Assembly: GCA_032718475.1 (NCBI GenBank)
Contig: JAUCBJ010001482.1
Span: 1 to 64,000, forward strand
Direction of reading: 5' to 3'
Origin: Nemertoderma westbladi
Taxonomy: Eukaryota > Animalia > Xenacoelomorpha
Length of the DNA: 64,000 bases
Under the pieces are notes generated by a model, which was not told the DNA's origin, did no database searches, and saw only the letters and a list, made by a program, of their open reading frames with translations. Every line of letters starts with the position of its first letter. Position 1 is the first letter of the stretch. The translations under genes and the position numbers were made by a program. Positions 12,572 to 23,246 of the stretch are shown piece after piece.

Positions 12572-15358
12572 TTATTTCGGGAAACCATAGTATTGAGGGG
12601 GTCGGACTGTGCGTCCGGAACGAGTGGCTGGTTTCGGCGGTTGGATCGGGGTCTCGGGGGTTGGTGAAGCGATCTCGGCCCAGGTCGGGGGTACTTCCGG
12701 GGGCGGAGTAGCTGGTTCCGGTACATTTAGGGGCGCGATGGGCGGACTCGGAGTCGGTGTGGTGGCCCCTCCTTCCGAGGCGGTGCGGGGTCGGAGGAAG
12801 ACTCGGTTGCGTCGGAGTACGCTACCACTCTCCTGGCGGACCATGTAGTCGTGGTTCGGGAGCGCTTCGACGACTACGCCTTGGCCCGTCCAACGCTTGG
12901 TGATGGTATTCTGGACGAGGACGGGTGTCCCTATGGATATAACACGGAGGGGCCGAGTGCGGAGGTTGTAGGCCGCACGTAGGCTGCGTTTGGATTTTTC
13001 GGCGACCTCGTCCAGTTGCTGGAAGCTCCTCCTCCATTTGGGGTCGAATGAGGAGGAATGTGCCGGCAGGGCTTCCCGTATGTTGCGCCCATACAGTAGT
13101 TCTGCAGGCGAGCGCCCGCCGTATCGCGGCGTATTCCGAAACGCGAGTATACCTTGCGCGATTCCGTCGACATCGTGGTTGGTCCCTCGAACGATTCGTT
13201 TCATTGCTTTCACGGCGGCTTCGGCACGGCCGTTGGTGCGGGGGAGGTATGGGGACGATGGGTCGAAGTGGACCCCCCAGTTTTTGAGGAAGGTCCTCAC
13301 CGCCTCTGAACCGAACTGGGGCCGCCGTCGGGATGGAACTCCTGGGGGGCGGCGGTAGCTAGAAATAGACGTCGGAGGTTCATGATGATGGCAGCCGAAG
13401 TTGTATCGGAACCAAGTCGGAACAAAGTGGGCCAACCGGTGTATTCATCGGTAGCAACCATGTAGTTCGTGCTGTCCGCCACGAATAGGTCAGCGTGGAC
13501 CCTTTGGAACGGCCGAGTGGCTTCGGGGTGCCGTTGGAGGGGTTCCGGTGCTTGGGACGGTAGTGACGACTGACAGGATTGGCAGCTATCGATGGCGACC
13601 GCAATGTCGTTCGAAATGGTCGGCCACCAGACCGACCGACTTGCGCGCTCACGGGTCTTGTTGAGGCCCTGGTGGGCGGCGTGGAGTAGTCGGAGGGTGT
13701 TGGAGCGGAGTTCCTTCGGGATGTAGATCCGCGGCCCGTGGAGGATGACGCCGTCGTGTACCATGAGGTCCGTGCGGTGCTGGAAGTAGGGTCGCAGGTC
13801 GTCGTTGGTAATGTTATGACGTGACGTCGGCCAGCCGTCCCGGATCGTGGCGAGGATAGCCGTGTAGATCGGGTCGACGGCGCCGGCGGCTCGGATTTCG
13901 TCGAGTCGGGCGTCGCGGGTGTCGAGTGTCTGCGCTGTCTCAGCGAGAGCCGCCGAGACGATGAACTCGCGGTCGTTGTTGTTGTCGGCCGCGAGGACGA
14001 GGTCGTCCGGAGTGGGTTTATTTCGCGGCGAGCGGGAGAATGCGTCGGCGACGAGGTGCCGGGATCCTTTCTGATGGCGGGCAGTGAAGTTAAACCGCGA
14101 TAGAGCCGTTTTTAATTTTAAGAGACGGTCATTTGAGACCTGGTCGAGCCGTCTATCATTCAGGATGGGTATGAGGGGGCTACAGTCTGTGACGAGGTCG
14201 AAGTGGTTTAGCCCATCCAGGAAGTAGCGGCACTTGTGTGCCGCCCAGGCCGCTCCGAGGGCCTCCAGTTCGGCCATCCCGGACCAGTTAGCCTCGTGTT
14301 TGGCGAGGGTCCGAGAGCCGCACTGGATGGTCAGCCAGCGGTTTGGAGTCGGGTCCCATTGGCGTAGGAGGAATCCAAGGCCATTGACTCGAGAGGCGTC
14401 TGTCAGCAGTTCGGTTTTCCTGTCGGGGTGGAAGCCGGAGAGGTAGAGTGGGCTGGATAGCGCTGATCGGGTGGACTCGAAGGCGGTCTAGTGTTGCGGC
14501 AGCCAAACCCAGGTGGTGCGGTCCGTATTGAGGCTGCGCAGTGGCTCGACGAGTAGGGAAATCTCCGGAGTCGAGTTTCCCAACTGTTGTGCGAGGCCGA
14601 GGAAGGACCGAAGTTCGCGACGGTTGGTTGGAACCGGAAAGTTACGGAGGTCGTCAGTGAGGGATGGGTCGATCCGGTAGTTGCCGTGACTGACAAGGTA
14701 GCTTCCGAAGCGGACTTCGGGGCGGCAGTATTGGACCTTGTCCGTGTTTATAGATATGTTGGCGGCGTCGCAGGCGGCTAGAACGCGAGCGACTGCTTCC
14801 GGGTGTTGTTCGGCTGTCTCCGTGTGGATGATGACATCCTCCACGATCCGTCCGATGTCGGGAATCCCATGGAGTGCTCGGGCCATCCTCGCGTTGAACA
14901 CATCCGAGCTTCCGTGCCACCCCATGGGCATCCGCCGGTAGCGGAAACGGCCACGTGGGGTGGTGAAGGTAGTGAGGCGGCGGCTGGCATGGCCAAGACC
15001 CACCTGGTGGAAGCCCTAAGTAAAGTAAAGTACCGGGCCGAGGTTGGGATTTTGGAAACGACGTGGAATGGGGAGTCGGAGAAGTAGCTCGGGTGAACCA
15101 TAGCTTTATTAAGTTCGCGCAGATCGACCGTTATGCGAACTTTGTTGGGGTCGCTCTTTTTGCGTGTAACGACCATTGGGCTGAGCCACTCGCCCGGGTT
15201 ATTCTCGTCTCCGGCGGGTTCCAGTATACCCATAGCGATCTGGGTGTCGAGTTCCTGGTTGAATGCCGCCTCCATGTTGACGGGGATGGTTCGATTAGTG
15301 TAGCATTGGTTAGGTCGGGCGCCAGGGATGAGTTTGATTGTTATTTCCCCGCCGGTCA
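12572..15358 (-). pseudogene. pol: Gypsy pol (RT-RNase H-integrase), broken by frameshifts and a TAG stop
   Basis: RT motifs WLSPMVV..RITVDLRELNK and FTTPRGRFRYRRMPMG, IVEDV. RNase H TDAS and ELEALG. Integrase H-H-C-C, HADLF and PRTNGRAE. Spread over three frames, with TAG at 14490-14488. Confidence 0.9.
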
Positions 15359-16738
15359 TTATGCGACACTGCCCTGAGAGTGGGCGGGGGAGGAGAGAGA
15401 GAGGAGAGGCTGTTGGAGTCCATCGAGAACCCACAGGTCTGTAGTGCAGACAGTTCCGAGGGTGGCGCATCGAAGTGTGGCGTTAAATATGCCTTTAAGC
15501 GACCACCCATCGTGGCTCCCATTGGCAAGGCGGGGGGTATCGGAGTCTCGGTGGTTCATCATTGGTTCGCCGTCGGGGTGGCGGAGGTTCTCGAGGCGAC
15601 CACCGAACGCCCTGAAGGTTCGCCATGGGATAGTAGACACATTAGCTCCAGAATCAGGCAGGAATTGGAGTTCGGGGATTCCGTGTGAGGGGTTCTTGGT
15701 GACCTGGAATCCGATGGTCACTGTCTCTAGGGATTCGAGTCTCTCGGTCGCGGAGACGGCTGGGATGGCTCCAAAGTCGAGTCCCTCCAGGATTCTCGAC
15801 CATATTTGGGCGTGACTGGCGGACTCTGGGGCATTCCGGGCATTGTCTGGTACCCAATCGGTTGAGTTTGTCTTTGGGTTGTGAGTGGGGCGGTTGCGGC
15901 ACATGCGGTCGTAGTGGCCGACCAGGTTGCAGTGCCGGCAGTGCGCCGCAGCACCCGGGCAACGTTTGCCTGCCAGGTGAGGGGGATATCCACATTGCGG
16001 GCACTTCGAGTTCGACCGTTCCTTGGGCGGTGGCTGCGTGCGTCGCGGTGTCGCTCCGATGCGACTGGCGACTGCAGAAGGAATGGGCGAGGGGTGGGCA
16101 AGGGATGCCGCATCTTTGCGGGTTGCCCAGACGGCTTGTGCTAGTCGGAGTGCGTCGCCAAGGGTGGAATCGTTAGGAAGCCGAAGAAGTTGCTCGGTAA
16201 CCTCCTTATCGACGAATCCGGACGTGAATTGGTCCAGGAGGCGGTCCTCCGTGTGGGCTTCCTTGGTTGCGAGGGGGGCGAAGTCGCACTTGGTAGCTAT
16301 ATCGCGTAGAGCAACGAGGAACGATTCCGGACTCTCTTCCGGAAGACAGTGGCGTCGGGCCAGCTGTTGACGGTAAACGCGTTTGTTGGTTCCGCCGTCC
16401 ATGTGCTGACCCAACCGGTTAATCACGGTCTCCGAGTTCGCGTTTTCCGCTGCGGTAAGGGCGAGCCCCTTGACGACGGCGTTAGTCGCGCGAGAGAACG
16501 CTGTTGTGAGGGCAGCGCGGCATAGACGTAGAGTGGATTGGTTGAGGTCTTCGGTTACAACGGCGACTGGAGGTGTAGCCGGGTCAGACACGTACAGGTT
16601 GAGAAGACCCGAGGTGGCGAGGAAGGCGTCCCATTCATCTTTCCATAGTTCCCAAGTTGTCCTTTCGGATTTGATGTCGAATGCGGGTGGGGAGCTGCGC
16701 AGGACGAAGATGTGGGGGTTGCGTGGGTCCGTTGCCAT
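15359..16738 (-). CDS. gag: Gypsy gag-protease
   Basis: Knuckles CPQCGYPPHLAGKRC and CRHCNLVGHYDRMC. Protease motif FLPDSGANVSTI. Confidence 0.9.
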   Translation of the reverse strand: MATDPRNPHIFVLRSSPPAFDIKSERTTWELWKDEWDAFLATSGLLNLYVSDPATPPVAVVTEDLNQSTLRLCRAALTTAFSRATNAVVKGLALTAAENANSETVINRLGQHMDGGTNKRVYRQQLARRHCLPEESPESFLVALRDIATKCDFAPLATKEAHTEDRLLDQFTSGFVDKEVTEQLLRLPNDSTLGDALRLAQAVWATRKDAASLAHPSPIPSAVASRIGATPRRTQPPPKERSNSKCPQCGYPPHLAGKRCPGAAAHCRHCNLVGHYDRMCRNRPTHNPKTNSTDWVPDNARNAPESASHAQIWSRILEGLDFGAIPAVSATERLESLETVTIGFQVTKNPSHGIPELQFLPDSGANVSTIPWRTFRAFGGRLENLRHPDGEPMMNHRDSDTPRLANGSHDGWSLKGIFNATLRCATLGTVCTTDLWVLDGLQQPLLSLSSPAHSQGSVA

Positions 16739-16975
16739 GTCGGGTGCGGTAGTTAAATGGGCGTCGGTGGGTCCGGATTATCCGCGTGTTCAGAAACGCT
16801 GCGCCATGACGAATGTATATGTGGGGCTGCGCATTAACGATGGGGTGACATGAGTTCAAGTATAGTGTATGTATATTATCAGAAGAGCAAACCAAGCATT
16901 AGGCCTAGACAGCTAGATGATAGGGCAGTACAGAATACAGAAGGCAGTATGATTACTGGAATACTATGCAAATAT

Positions 16976-17675
16976 GATAATTAAATATCACCACGAAATC
17001 AAATTGATTTTCACCTTGAGTTTTTCGGGATGCTGATCCATGATCACGAATATGACACTAAAAAATATCGTACCTTGTTAATTACGGCATTTTTGGATAT
17101 GTGTCAATGTGCAGCACGAAAAATACAAGTAGCACAAATTTGATATTCCAAAATCATTACCAAATATTAACCTGATTTTATGACAAGGTGTTTTTTAGGA
17201 TGCTACTGTAGATCACATATATGCCACTCAATATCATATTATCCGACCAAATTCGATTTTTGTCGTTTGAAATTTTATGCTACTTGTATTTTTCGTCCCA
17301 GAGCAGACAAGCACCGACGATCATAGTTGCATTCATATTCCCACGAATGATTTTAACGAGTTGTATCATGATCAGCGACCTTGAAAACCAGTATAGCTTT
17401 AGACTTATCAAACCAAAGGCAAAATTTAACAGTTTGAAATTTTTGCTACTTTGTACTTTTCATTCTGGAGCACCAGATGGCACTAAAAATGATGGTTGCA
17501 TTGCCAGAATATTTTTTTAACAAGTTTTATCGTAAACAGCGACCTCGAAAACCTTTAAACCATTGAAATTATAATTTTTGAGCCAAGATATAAACAAATG
17601 TCTAAAATGACCCCCCTCTGCCGATCCCCCCTGGGCCAATTGAGTAGAAAAATAGACCGGACCAGATAGGGTTAA
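16976..17675. mobile_element. piggyBac-type non-autonomous element fragment
   Basis: Ends ATAGGG-TTAA at 17666-17675. Repeated AAAAATACAAGTAGCA motif shared with 50950-51761. Left end not found. Confidence 0.5.
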
Positions 17676-18154
17676 TTTATTTGGTCATATATGGCCATTG
17701 GTTTATTCTACACTGAAGAGAATCGCATGCTAGACACGTGCGATACGCATGGCTACTTCGCATGATATCCGCATGCGTATCGCTTCTAAAGGTCCCGACA
17801 CTTTCCCATGCGATTCGCATGCGAATTAGATGCGTGACCCACATGCGATACGCATGAACATTTTTGACTGGGGTTTCAATGGAAGTAGTTAAAATAATGT
17901 CCTATTTAAAAATGAAAACCATACTTTTTTTTATCTACTTATAAAATAAATCATTTCAGCAATATGTCTAATGTTTTCACATTTTTTTCTTTTTTTCTTT
18001 TTTCTTCCCTTTTCCCTCTTTTCCCCTTTCTGTTTTTCCTTGTTTTCCTGCTGGTTTTCTTATTTCCCCCCCCCCCCCCTCACAGCAGTCTGTTTCACCC
18101 CCAAGCCTCTCTTCTCTATTACAACTGCAAGGCCCGACTCAGCTCCGGGTAAGA

Positions 18155-19290
18155 TTAACCCTTTCCGGTTGGGGGACTAGATCTAGTCCACCTGGTAGTG
18201 TCCTAGGGCCTAGATCTAGTCCATTGTATCTTACTGAGTATTGCGGCTAACAGATTGCACTAGGACAGTAGTAGGGGCATACTATAGGTTTGCCGCACTG
18301 TTCTTGGTCATATCCAATTGCAGCCTACCAAGATTGGCGGGATTTTCAAACCAGAAACAGTGTTATTGTTTATTTTAATTACTTATTGTACACTACCGGT
18401 TGCCGGTCCACCAGTAGTACATAAATTTATTAGGTAGAAACTAATAAATGGGGCATTTTTATGGGGGAATGGCATCGAAATACCCCCAAAGACTACGGAC
18501 CCAGAGGAGGAGATATGGATATGATCCAGATGATGAATCCGATTCATATGAGTGCAGTGAAACTTCGACTTTGGATGATGAGGATGACTGGGAAACCGAT
18601 AATGACTCAGACTCAGAAGACGAAGGATTTGAAGAATTCATGTCAGTACTGCAGAATACGTGGGCCTTTGTTGGGGAAGAGAACCACTCGTGGGTTCCAG
18701 TTCGCGATTTTAAAACCTCGGATACTGGTTGGAAAGGTATATAGATACAACGGAATTTTAGGTAAAGGATTATGTCGATTTTTTTATCACTGATAAACTA
18801 ATGGATATAATTGTATCCAGTAGAAATGAACGAATAAACCTTATATATCTTCATGCAGCGCTGTACGTAAATCCTATTCATGGTTTGTCAAACTACTGTA
18901 GGCATTCACTACATACAGCGTCTGGTCCTAATCAGTTTTATAAGATATCGTGGTGATAAAAAACCACACGGTGGTAAAGATGGTAAACCAAAACGGATGA
19001 CGTTTTATGAATATAATCTAAAAGTCGTTGACCACCTTTCCCAGGTACAGGCGAGCCCACATAAACCAATACGTCAGCCGGTACCTCCCACCCCATCAAC
19101 GACTCCAATACACAAACTCGTAAAACAAGAACAAATTGGGAAAACCCAATGGCCACAGAAACGTTGTCGTGTCTGTAGTAGCAAACATATAGTGAAAAAA
19201 TCTCGTTATATCTGCCCGGTGTGCCCCGACAAACCTGGACTTTATCCTACATGTTTTAGTGAATATCCTCCTTATTTGTAAAATGTCGTG
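18155..19290 (+). mobile_element. Internally deleted piggyBac (PGBD4-like) transposon
   Basis: TTAA-CCCTTT left end at 18155-18164 and subterminal CTAGATCTAG palindromes. Acidic N-terminal ORF at 18448-18744. C-terminal Cys-rich domain QKRCRVC..SRYICPVCPDKPGL..CF at 18880-19281. DDD core and right TIR not found. Confidence 0.8.
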
Positions 19291-19415
19291 ATTTTATTTC
19301 AGTACTGTATATTTTTATATTTTTCAATCTGTCAATAATAATAAAGAAAGGGAGCCGACATTCAGTCAGAGCAACCAAATGGATGGCCAAGGAGACGGAC
19401 TGTCTGGATTGAGCT

Positions 19416-19952
19416 TGTTAGCTTATTCAATCCCGCCAACACCCCATAAAGTTATTAGCCGATAAGCAATATTGGGAGCCACGAGATTGGGTAATTAACC
19501 AACTCGCGCCATCCCAATAAGAATGGGAAGGAAGCACACAATAGAGGGTCAGGGGCCAAACCCCTAACCCAAGGAGAGCAGGTGGAGTGAACGGGAATAC
19601 TCCACGGGGCGCCAACAAGGGTATTAACCAATCAGAGGGGGGAATGGCATCGATTGAGTAGCAGTAAGGCCACCGTGCAATATAACCAATAACCTATTAA
19701 TCAGTGATTCAGTTATCTCAGTGCAGCAGTGCTAGCGTAGGGTACAGCCAATTAGTTTAGTTAGGGGATCACGGGACTTTAGTTACCGTATCCCGCCTTG
19801 TACACATTCACAATATATCTATATCTTATAACCTCTTATTATACACCGAACTTCAGAACTCAGTTATCTTTATTCCACTCTTATACACGGCGGGGACGCG
19901 TGGACTAAATACCACACCGGATAAATCGGGATCCCTCCTGGATCCCGTCACA
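19416..19952 (+). repeat. 5' LTR of BEL/Pao element 2
   Basis: Matches 32993-33529. Several CCAAT boxes, TATA-like AATATAA at ~19679, Inr-like TCAGTT at ~19709, terminal hairpin CGGGATCC..GGATCCCG. Confidence 0.97.
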
Positions 19953-20033
19953 GTAACTAAAACCGAGCTGCCGCCCTAGTTAAACTCAAAGAACTCCACC
20001 CTAGCTAGCCGAGCCATCAACCGAGCAGACGAG

Positions 20034-23000
20034 ATGAGTGAATCGGGCGAGACACCGACGCGGACCCCGGACGAAGATCAAACGATCCGCGAGGCCGCGA
20101 CTAAGCGATACAGGCCCACGACGCCGGAGCCATCGATAACGGGCGAACCGGAAGTCCAGGACGAGGAGGGCCTGGAACCCGAAGTCGAACCAAGAGAGAA
20201 AGAGAGCGAGATGGAGGGAGATGGAGACGAGTCGACACGAGAGGGAGAACGGCGCGCCGATGTCGCCGGCCAGCTACCGGCCGAGGGCGACGGGCGGCCC
20301 ACCGAAACGGCGACGGTGGGGCCGACGGTGCGACGCCGGACGCGAAGAGACGGAGGAGAGATCGGTACCGATGTCGCCGGCCAGCTACAGGCCGAGGGCG
20401 ACGGACGGCCCACCGGAACGGCGACGGTGGAGCCGCCGGTACGACGTCGAACCCGGAGGGACAGAGGAGAGGTCGGCGACGAGGACGTCGGGGTTTCTGA
20501 GCGACTTCGACGGGCCTACAACGCGACCCGGAAGTTGATAAACGACGCCAAGAAGGAAGGGGCGAAGGTAGACGAGGTGAGACTGAGAAAGCGACTAGGT
20601 GAGTCGGATAAACACTTAAATTACCTAATACGTTTTGAGCAGAGAAAACTGGCCGGGGAGAGAGCAAAAAGGATAGCCGGCGAACTGTTTGAACTATGGG
20701 AGTGTGGGAGTATGGGACCTAGCGTAGCGCCAGTGTACATAGGGCCATACTTGGTCGATGCCCGGGGAGTGAAACCAGTGGGTTGGAAGGGACCTGAGGA
20801 GGGCGAATCCGAGGCTAACACCGAGGATTCGGCCTCGTCGGTCGGAGAAAGCTCCGAAAAGGGGGAGAAAGCTAGTAGGTCGGGAAGGCGGGGGAAGTCC
20901 GTCGTAACCGATAAGTCTGCTACATCCTCCGCGAAAGAAAGAGCGGTGAGAAAAATAGGAGCCACATACCGTCTCAGCATGGCAGAGCAAGGTCAGAGAG
21001 AAATGAAGGAACGGCTAGAGGAGGGAAGAGTGCGGTTAGAGAGGGAAACGGTATTGCTTAGAGAAACCGGAGAAAGGGCCGAAAGGGCTTTGAAAAGCCT
21101 AAGGGAGTATGATGAGATAGAGGAAAGGGAGTGTAGGGAGCGTGAAGCGAGAGAGGAAAAGGAACGCGAGGAGCGTGAAGCGAGAGAGGAAAAGGAACGC
21201 GAGGAGCGTGAGGCGAGAATGGAAAAGGAACGCAAGGAACGTGAGGCGAGGAAGGAAAAGGAACGCAAGGAGCGTGAGGCGAGGAAGGAAGAGGAACGTA
21301 AAGAGCGTGGGGCGAGACGAAGGGAGAGTATTAAGAGTGCCGCAGACTCGGCCATCAAGGACACCCAGGAGCGTGAGGGGATAGTGGCAAAGGGTGAAAG
21401 GGAGCATAGGGAATTAAAGGAACGGCAGAGTGAGTATGCGAAAAATATAATTAGAGGGACGCACGAGTTGGAATACGTGCAAGTGGGACCGCCGTCTGAA
21501 AGAGGGGCCGGTTCGAGTATTTTTGAGGAGCCGAGGGCCGTAGACGTATTTGTTAATACTCCACTGACAGGGACCGCACGACAGACTCAAGACTGGTGCG
21601 ACCGTACGAGCGGGGGGGGTAATAATAATAATAATGGTACAGTAGACGTTGTTGATATTAATAGTACCGTATGGGATAACGCTAATCAAACCTTTATTAC
21701 AGGAAATACTTTGCCTGGTGGTAGTAATTTAAATTTAAATCAGAACAATCCCAGTGTTAATGTAGAAAATAATCCTAATATTGATGTAGTTACGCAAAAT
21801 AATTCAAATAATCAAAATAATAACTCGAATTCGGACCTACAAAATAACTTAAATAACGCAATTACACAGAATAATTCGAATAATTCAAATAATGATCTTA
21901 GCCCGAATTTACAAAATAATTCAGATAACGTAGTCGCGCAGAATAATACAAATGATTTTGTTTCAAATGAGCAAATTAATTCCGTTTCCAATATGGGTGC
22001 TATTAGTGTAGACACGTCGGGCCTACGTAACCAGGGAGCAGAGGGCCTGGTAGGCCACGTAGTTAGTAGACAGGGAGCAGAGGGCCTGGTAGGCCGCGTA
22101 GTTGGTAGGCAGGGAGCAGAGGGCCTGGAAGGCCACGCAATAGCAGAGGGAGAGGCGGGGGTGAACAGACCCGACCGTGGTAGGGTTGATGTGTCGACTA
22201 GAGGGGTATATAATAGTGGGGAGAGAGGTAGCGAAGTTAGATGTAGCGAGTGGGGGGGGGCTACGAGCACCCCACAACAGAAAGTTAGCGGCGAGAGGGG
22301 GGGGGCAGAGAGTGTCCCACAGCCGTCAGCGGACAATGCGAGGGCCGAACAAGGTAAACCGCAACAACCGGCGACGGAGAGTAATAGGGGGACTGCGAGT
22401 ATCCCCGGCGACGTGCGATCGAGCAGAAAAGGACAGGTTGACGTCGCGGGAGGGCAGACGGAGCGTCGAGCCCGATCAGAGGAGGAAAGAAGAACAGTGG
22501 GGTTTAACCGGGAGGTCGACGAGAGATCTCGTGAGCGGGAATATTCCACTGATAGGAGAAGAGAGGAGGACAGTAGTAGAAGTATCGCCGCAAACGATAG
22601 AAGAGCGAGGACGGACAGCGAGCCGTCGGTAGTCGAGATGAGAACGGAGAGTCAATGGGGTCGGACTCCGGGAGATTGCCGTCGCCCCGGAGGGATGCGA
22701 TCCGGTGAGACGCATTACACGCCGAGAGAGGGGTACGCGATGTACCGGTACGAAGATGAAAACAGTGGAGAGGGGGGTCGAAGAGAAACTTTCCGACGGA
22801 ATATACCTACCGATCGAGAATACGGTAGCCGCGGGGAGGATTATTCGAGAAGAATAAACTTCGATCCCGAACAACACATGCAGACTGTAGGGCATACTGT
22901 AGGTCTTACTGCACATACCGTAGGCCATACTGAGAGAGGCAATGTAGGCGATAGGATAGCGCGGACAACGGGATTAAACCCGGAAGTCGCGGAATACATA

Positions 23001-23246
23001 CCGGCGAGTAGGCCAGAAGCTGATAGGCCTATACCGGTACCAGCACAGCAGTATGACTACAGCATGCAGGGACATAACATATACCCAGGGGAGGGGGGAA
23101 TTATTGCGGATAGGTGTATGGGCCCCAACATATTAACATCAACCCCAGTACCAGACATACCGGTGGGGGGGGGGGACAGGGTGACATTCCCCCATCACAA
23201 TATCAACAATATACCCCGACAGGAACAAGAACAACGAGACCCCTAG
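20034..23246 (+). CDS. BEL ORF1: long low-complexity N-terminal gag extension (E/R coiled-coil repeats, Asn-rich tract)
   Basis: 1070-aa ORF directly after the leader. EREAREEKER repeats and an N/Q-rich segment. Overlaps ORF2 across a G11 run. Confidence 0.8.
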   Translation: MSESGETPTRTPDEDQTIREAATKRYRPTTPEPSITGEPEVQDEEGLEPEVEPREKESEMEGDGDESTREGERRADVAGQLPAEGDGRPTETATVGPTVRRRTRRDGGEIGTDVAGQLQAEGDGRPTGTATVEPPVRRRTRRDRGEVGDEDVGVSERLRRAYNATRKLINDAKKEGAKVDEVRLRKRLGESDKHLNYLIRFEQRKLAGERAKRIAGELFELWECGSMGPSVAPVYIGPYLVDARGVKPVGWKGPEEGESEANTEDSASSVGESSEKGEKASRSGRRGKSVVTDKSATSSAKERAVRKIGATYRLSMAEQGQREMKERLEEGRVRLERETVLLRETGERAERALKSLREYDEIEERECREREAREEKEREEREAREEKEREEREARMEKERKEREARKEKERKEREARKEEERKERGARRRESIKSAADSAIKDTQEREGIVAKGEREHRELKERQSEYAKNIIRGTHELEYVQVGPPSERGAGSSIFEEPRAVDVFVNTPLTGTARQTQDWCDRTSGGGNNNNNGTVDVVDINSTVWDNANQTFITGNTLPGGSNLNLNQNNPSVNVENNPNIDVVTQNNSNNQNNNSNSDLQNNLNNAITQNNSNNSNNDLSPNLQNNSDNVVAQNNTNDFVSNEQINSVSNMGAISVDTSGLRNQGAEGLVGHVVSRQGAEGLVGRVVGRQGAEGLEGHAIAEGEAGVNRPDRGRVDVSTRGVYNSGERGSEVRCSEWGGATSTPQQKVSGERGGAESVPQPSADNARAEQGKPQQPATESNRGTASIPGDVRSSRKGQVDVAGGQTERRARSEEERRTVGFNREVDERSREREYSTDRRREEDSSRSIAANDRRARTDSEPSVVEMRTESQWGRTPGDCRRPGGMRSGETHYTPREGYAMYRYEDENSGEGGRRETFRRNIPTDREYGSRGEDYSRRINFDPEQHMQTVGHTVGLTAHTVGHTERGNVGDRIARTTGLNPEVAEYIPASRPEADRPIPVPAQQYDYSMQGHNIYPGEGGIIADRCMGPNILTSTPVPDIPVGGGDRVTFPHHNINNIPRQEQEQRDP

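Larger units (their letters stand above)
12246..16970 (-). mobile_element. Ty3/Gypsy LTR retrotransposon with both LTRs, coding region disrupted
   Basis: 164-bp LTRs at 12246-12409 and 16807-16970 (one mismatch seen). TSD AATAT. PBS TGGCGCAGCG at 16806 downward. Domain order gag-PR-RT-RH-INT. Confidence 0.96.

Noticed and set aside
12476-16895. Numerous overlapping short ORFs on both strands
   Set aside because: Expected shadow ORFs of GC-rich Gypsy coding sequence.
19427-19618. 63-aa antisense ORF present twice (also 33004-33195)
   Set aside because: Duplicated only because it lies in the LTR; no recognisable motif.
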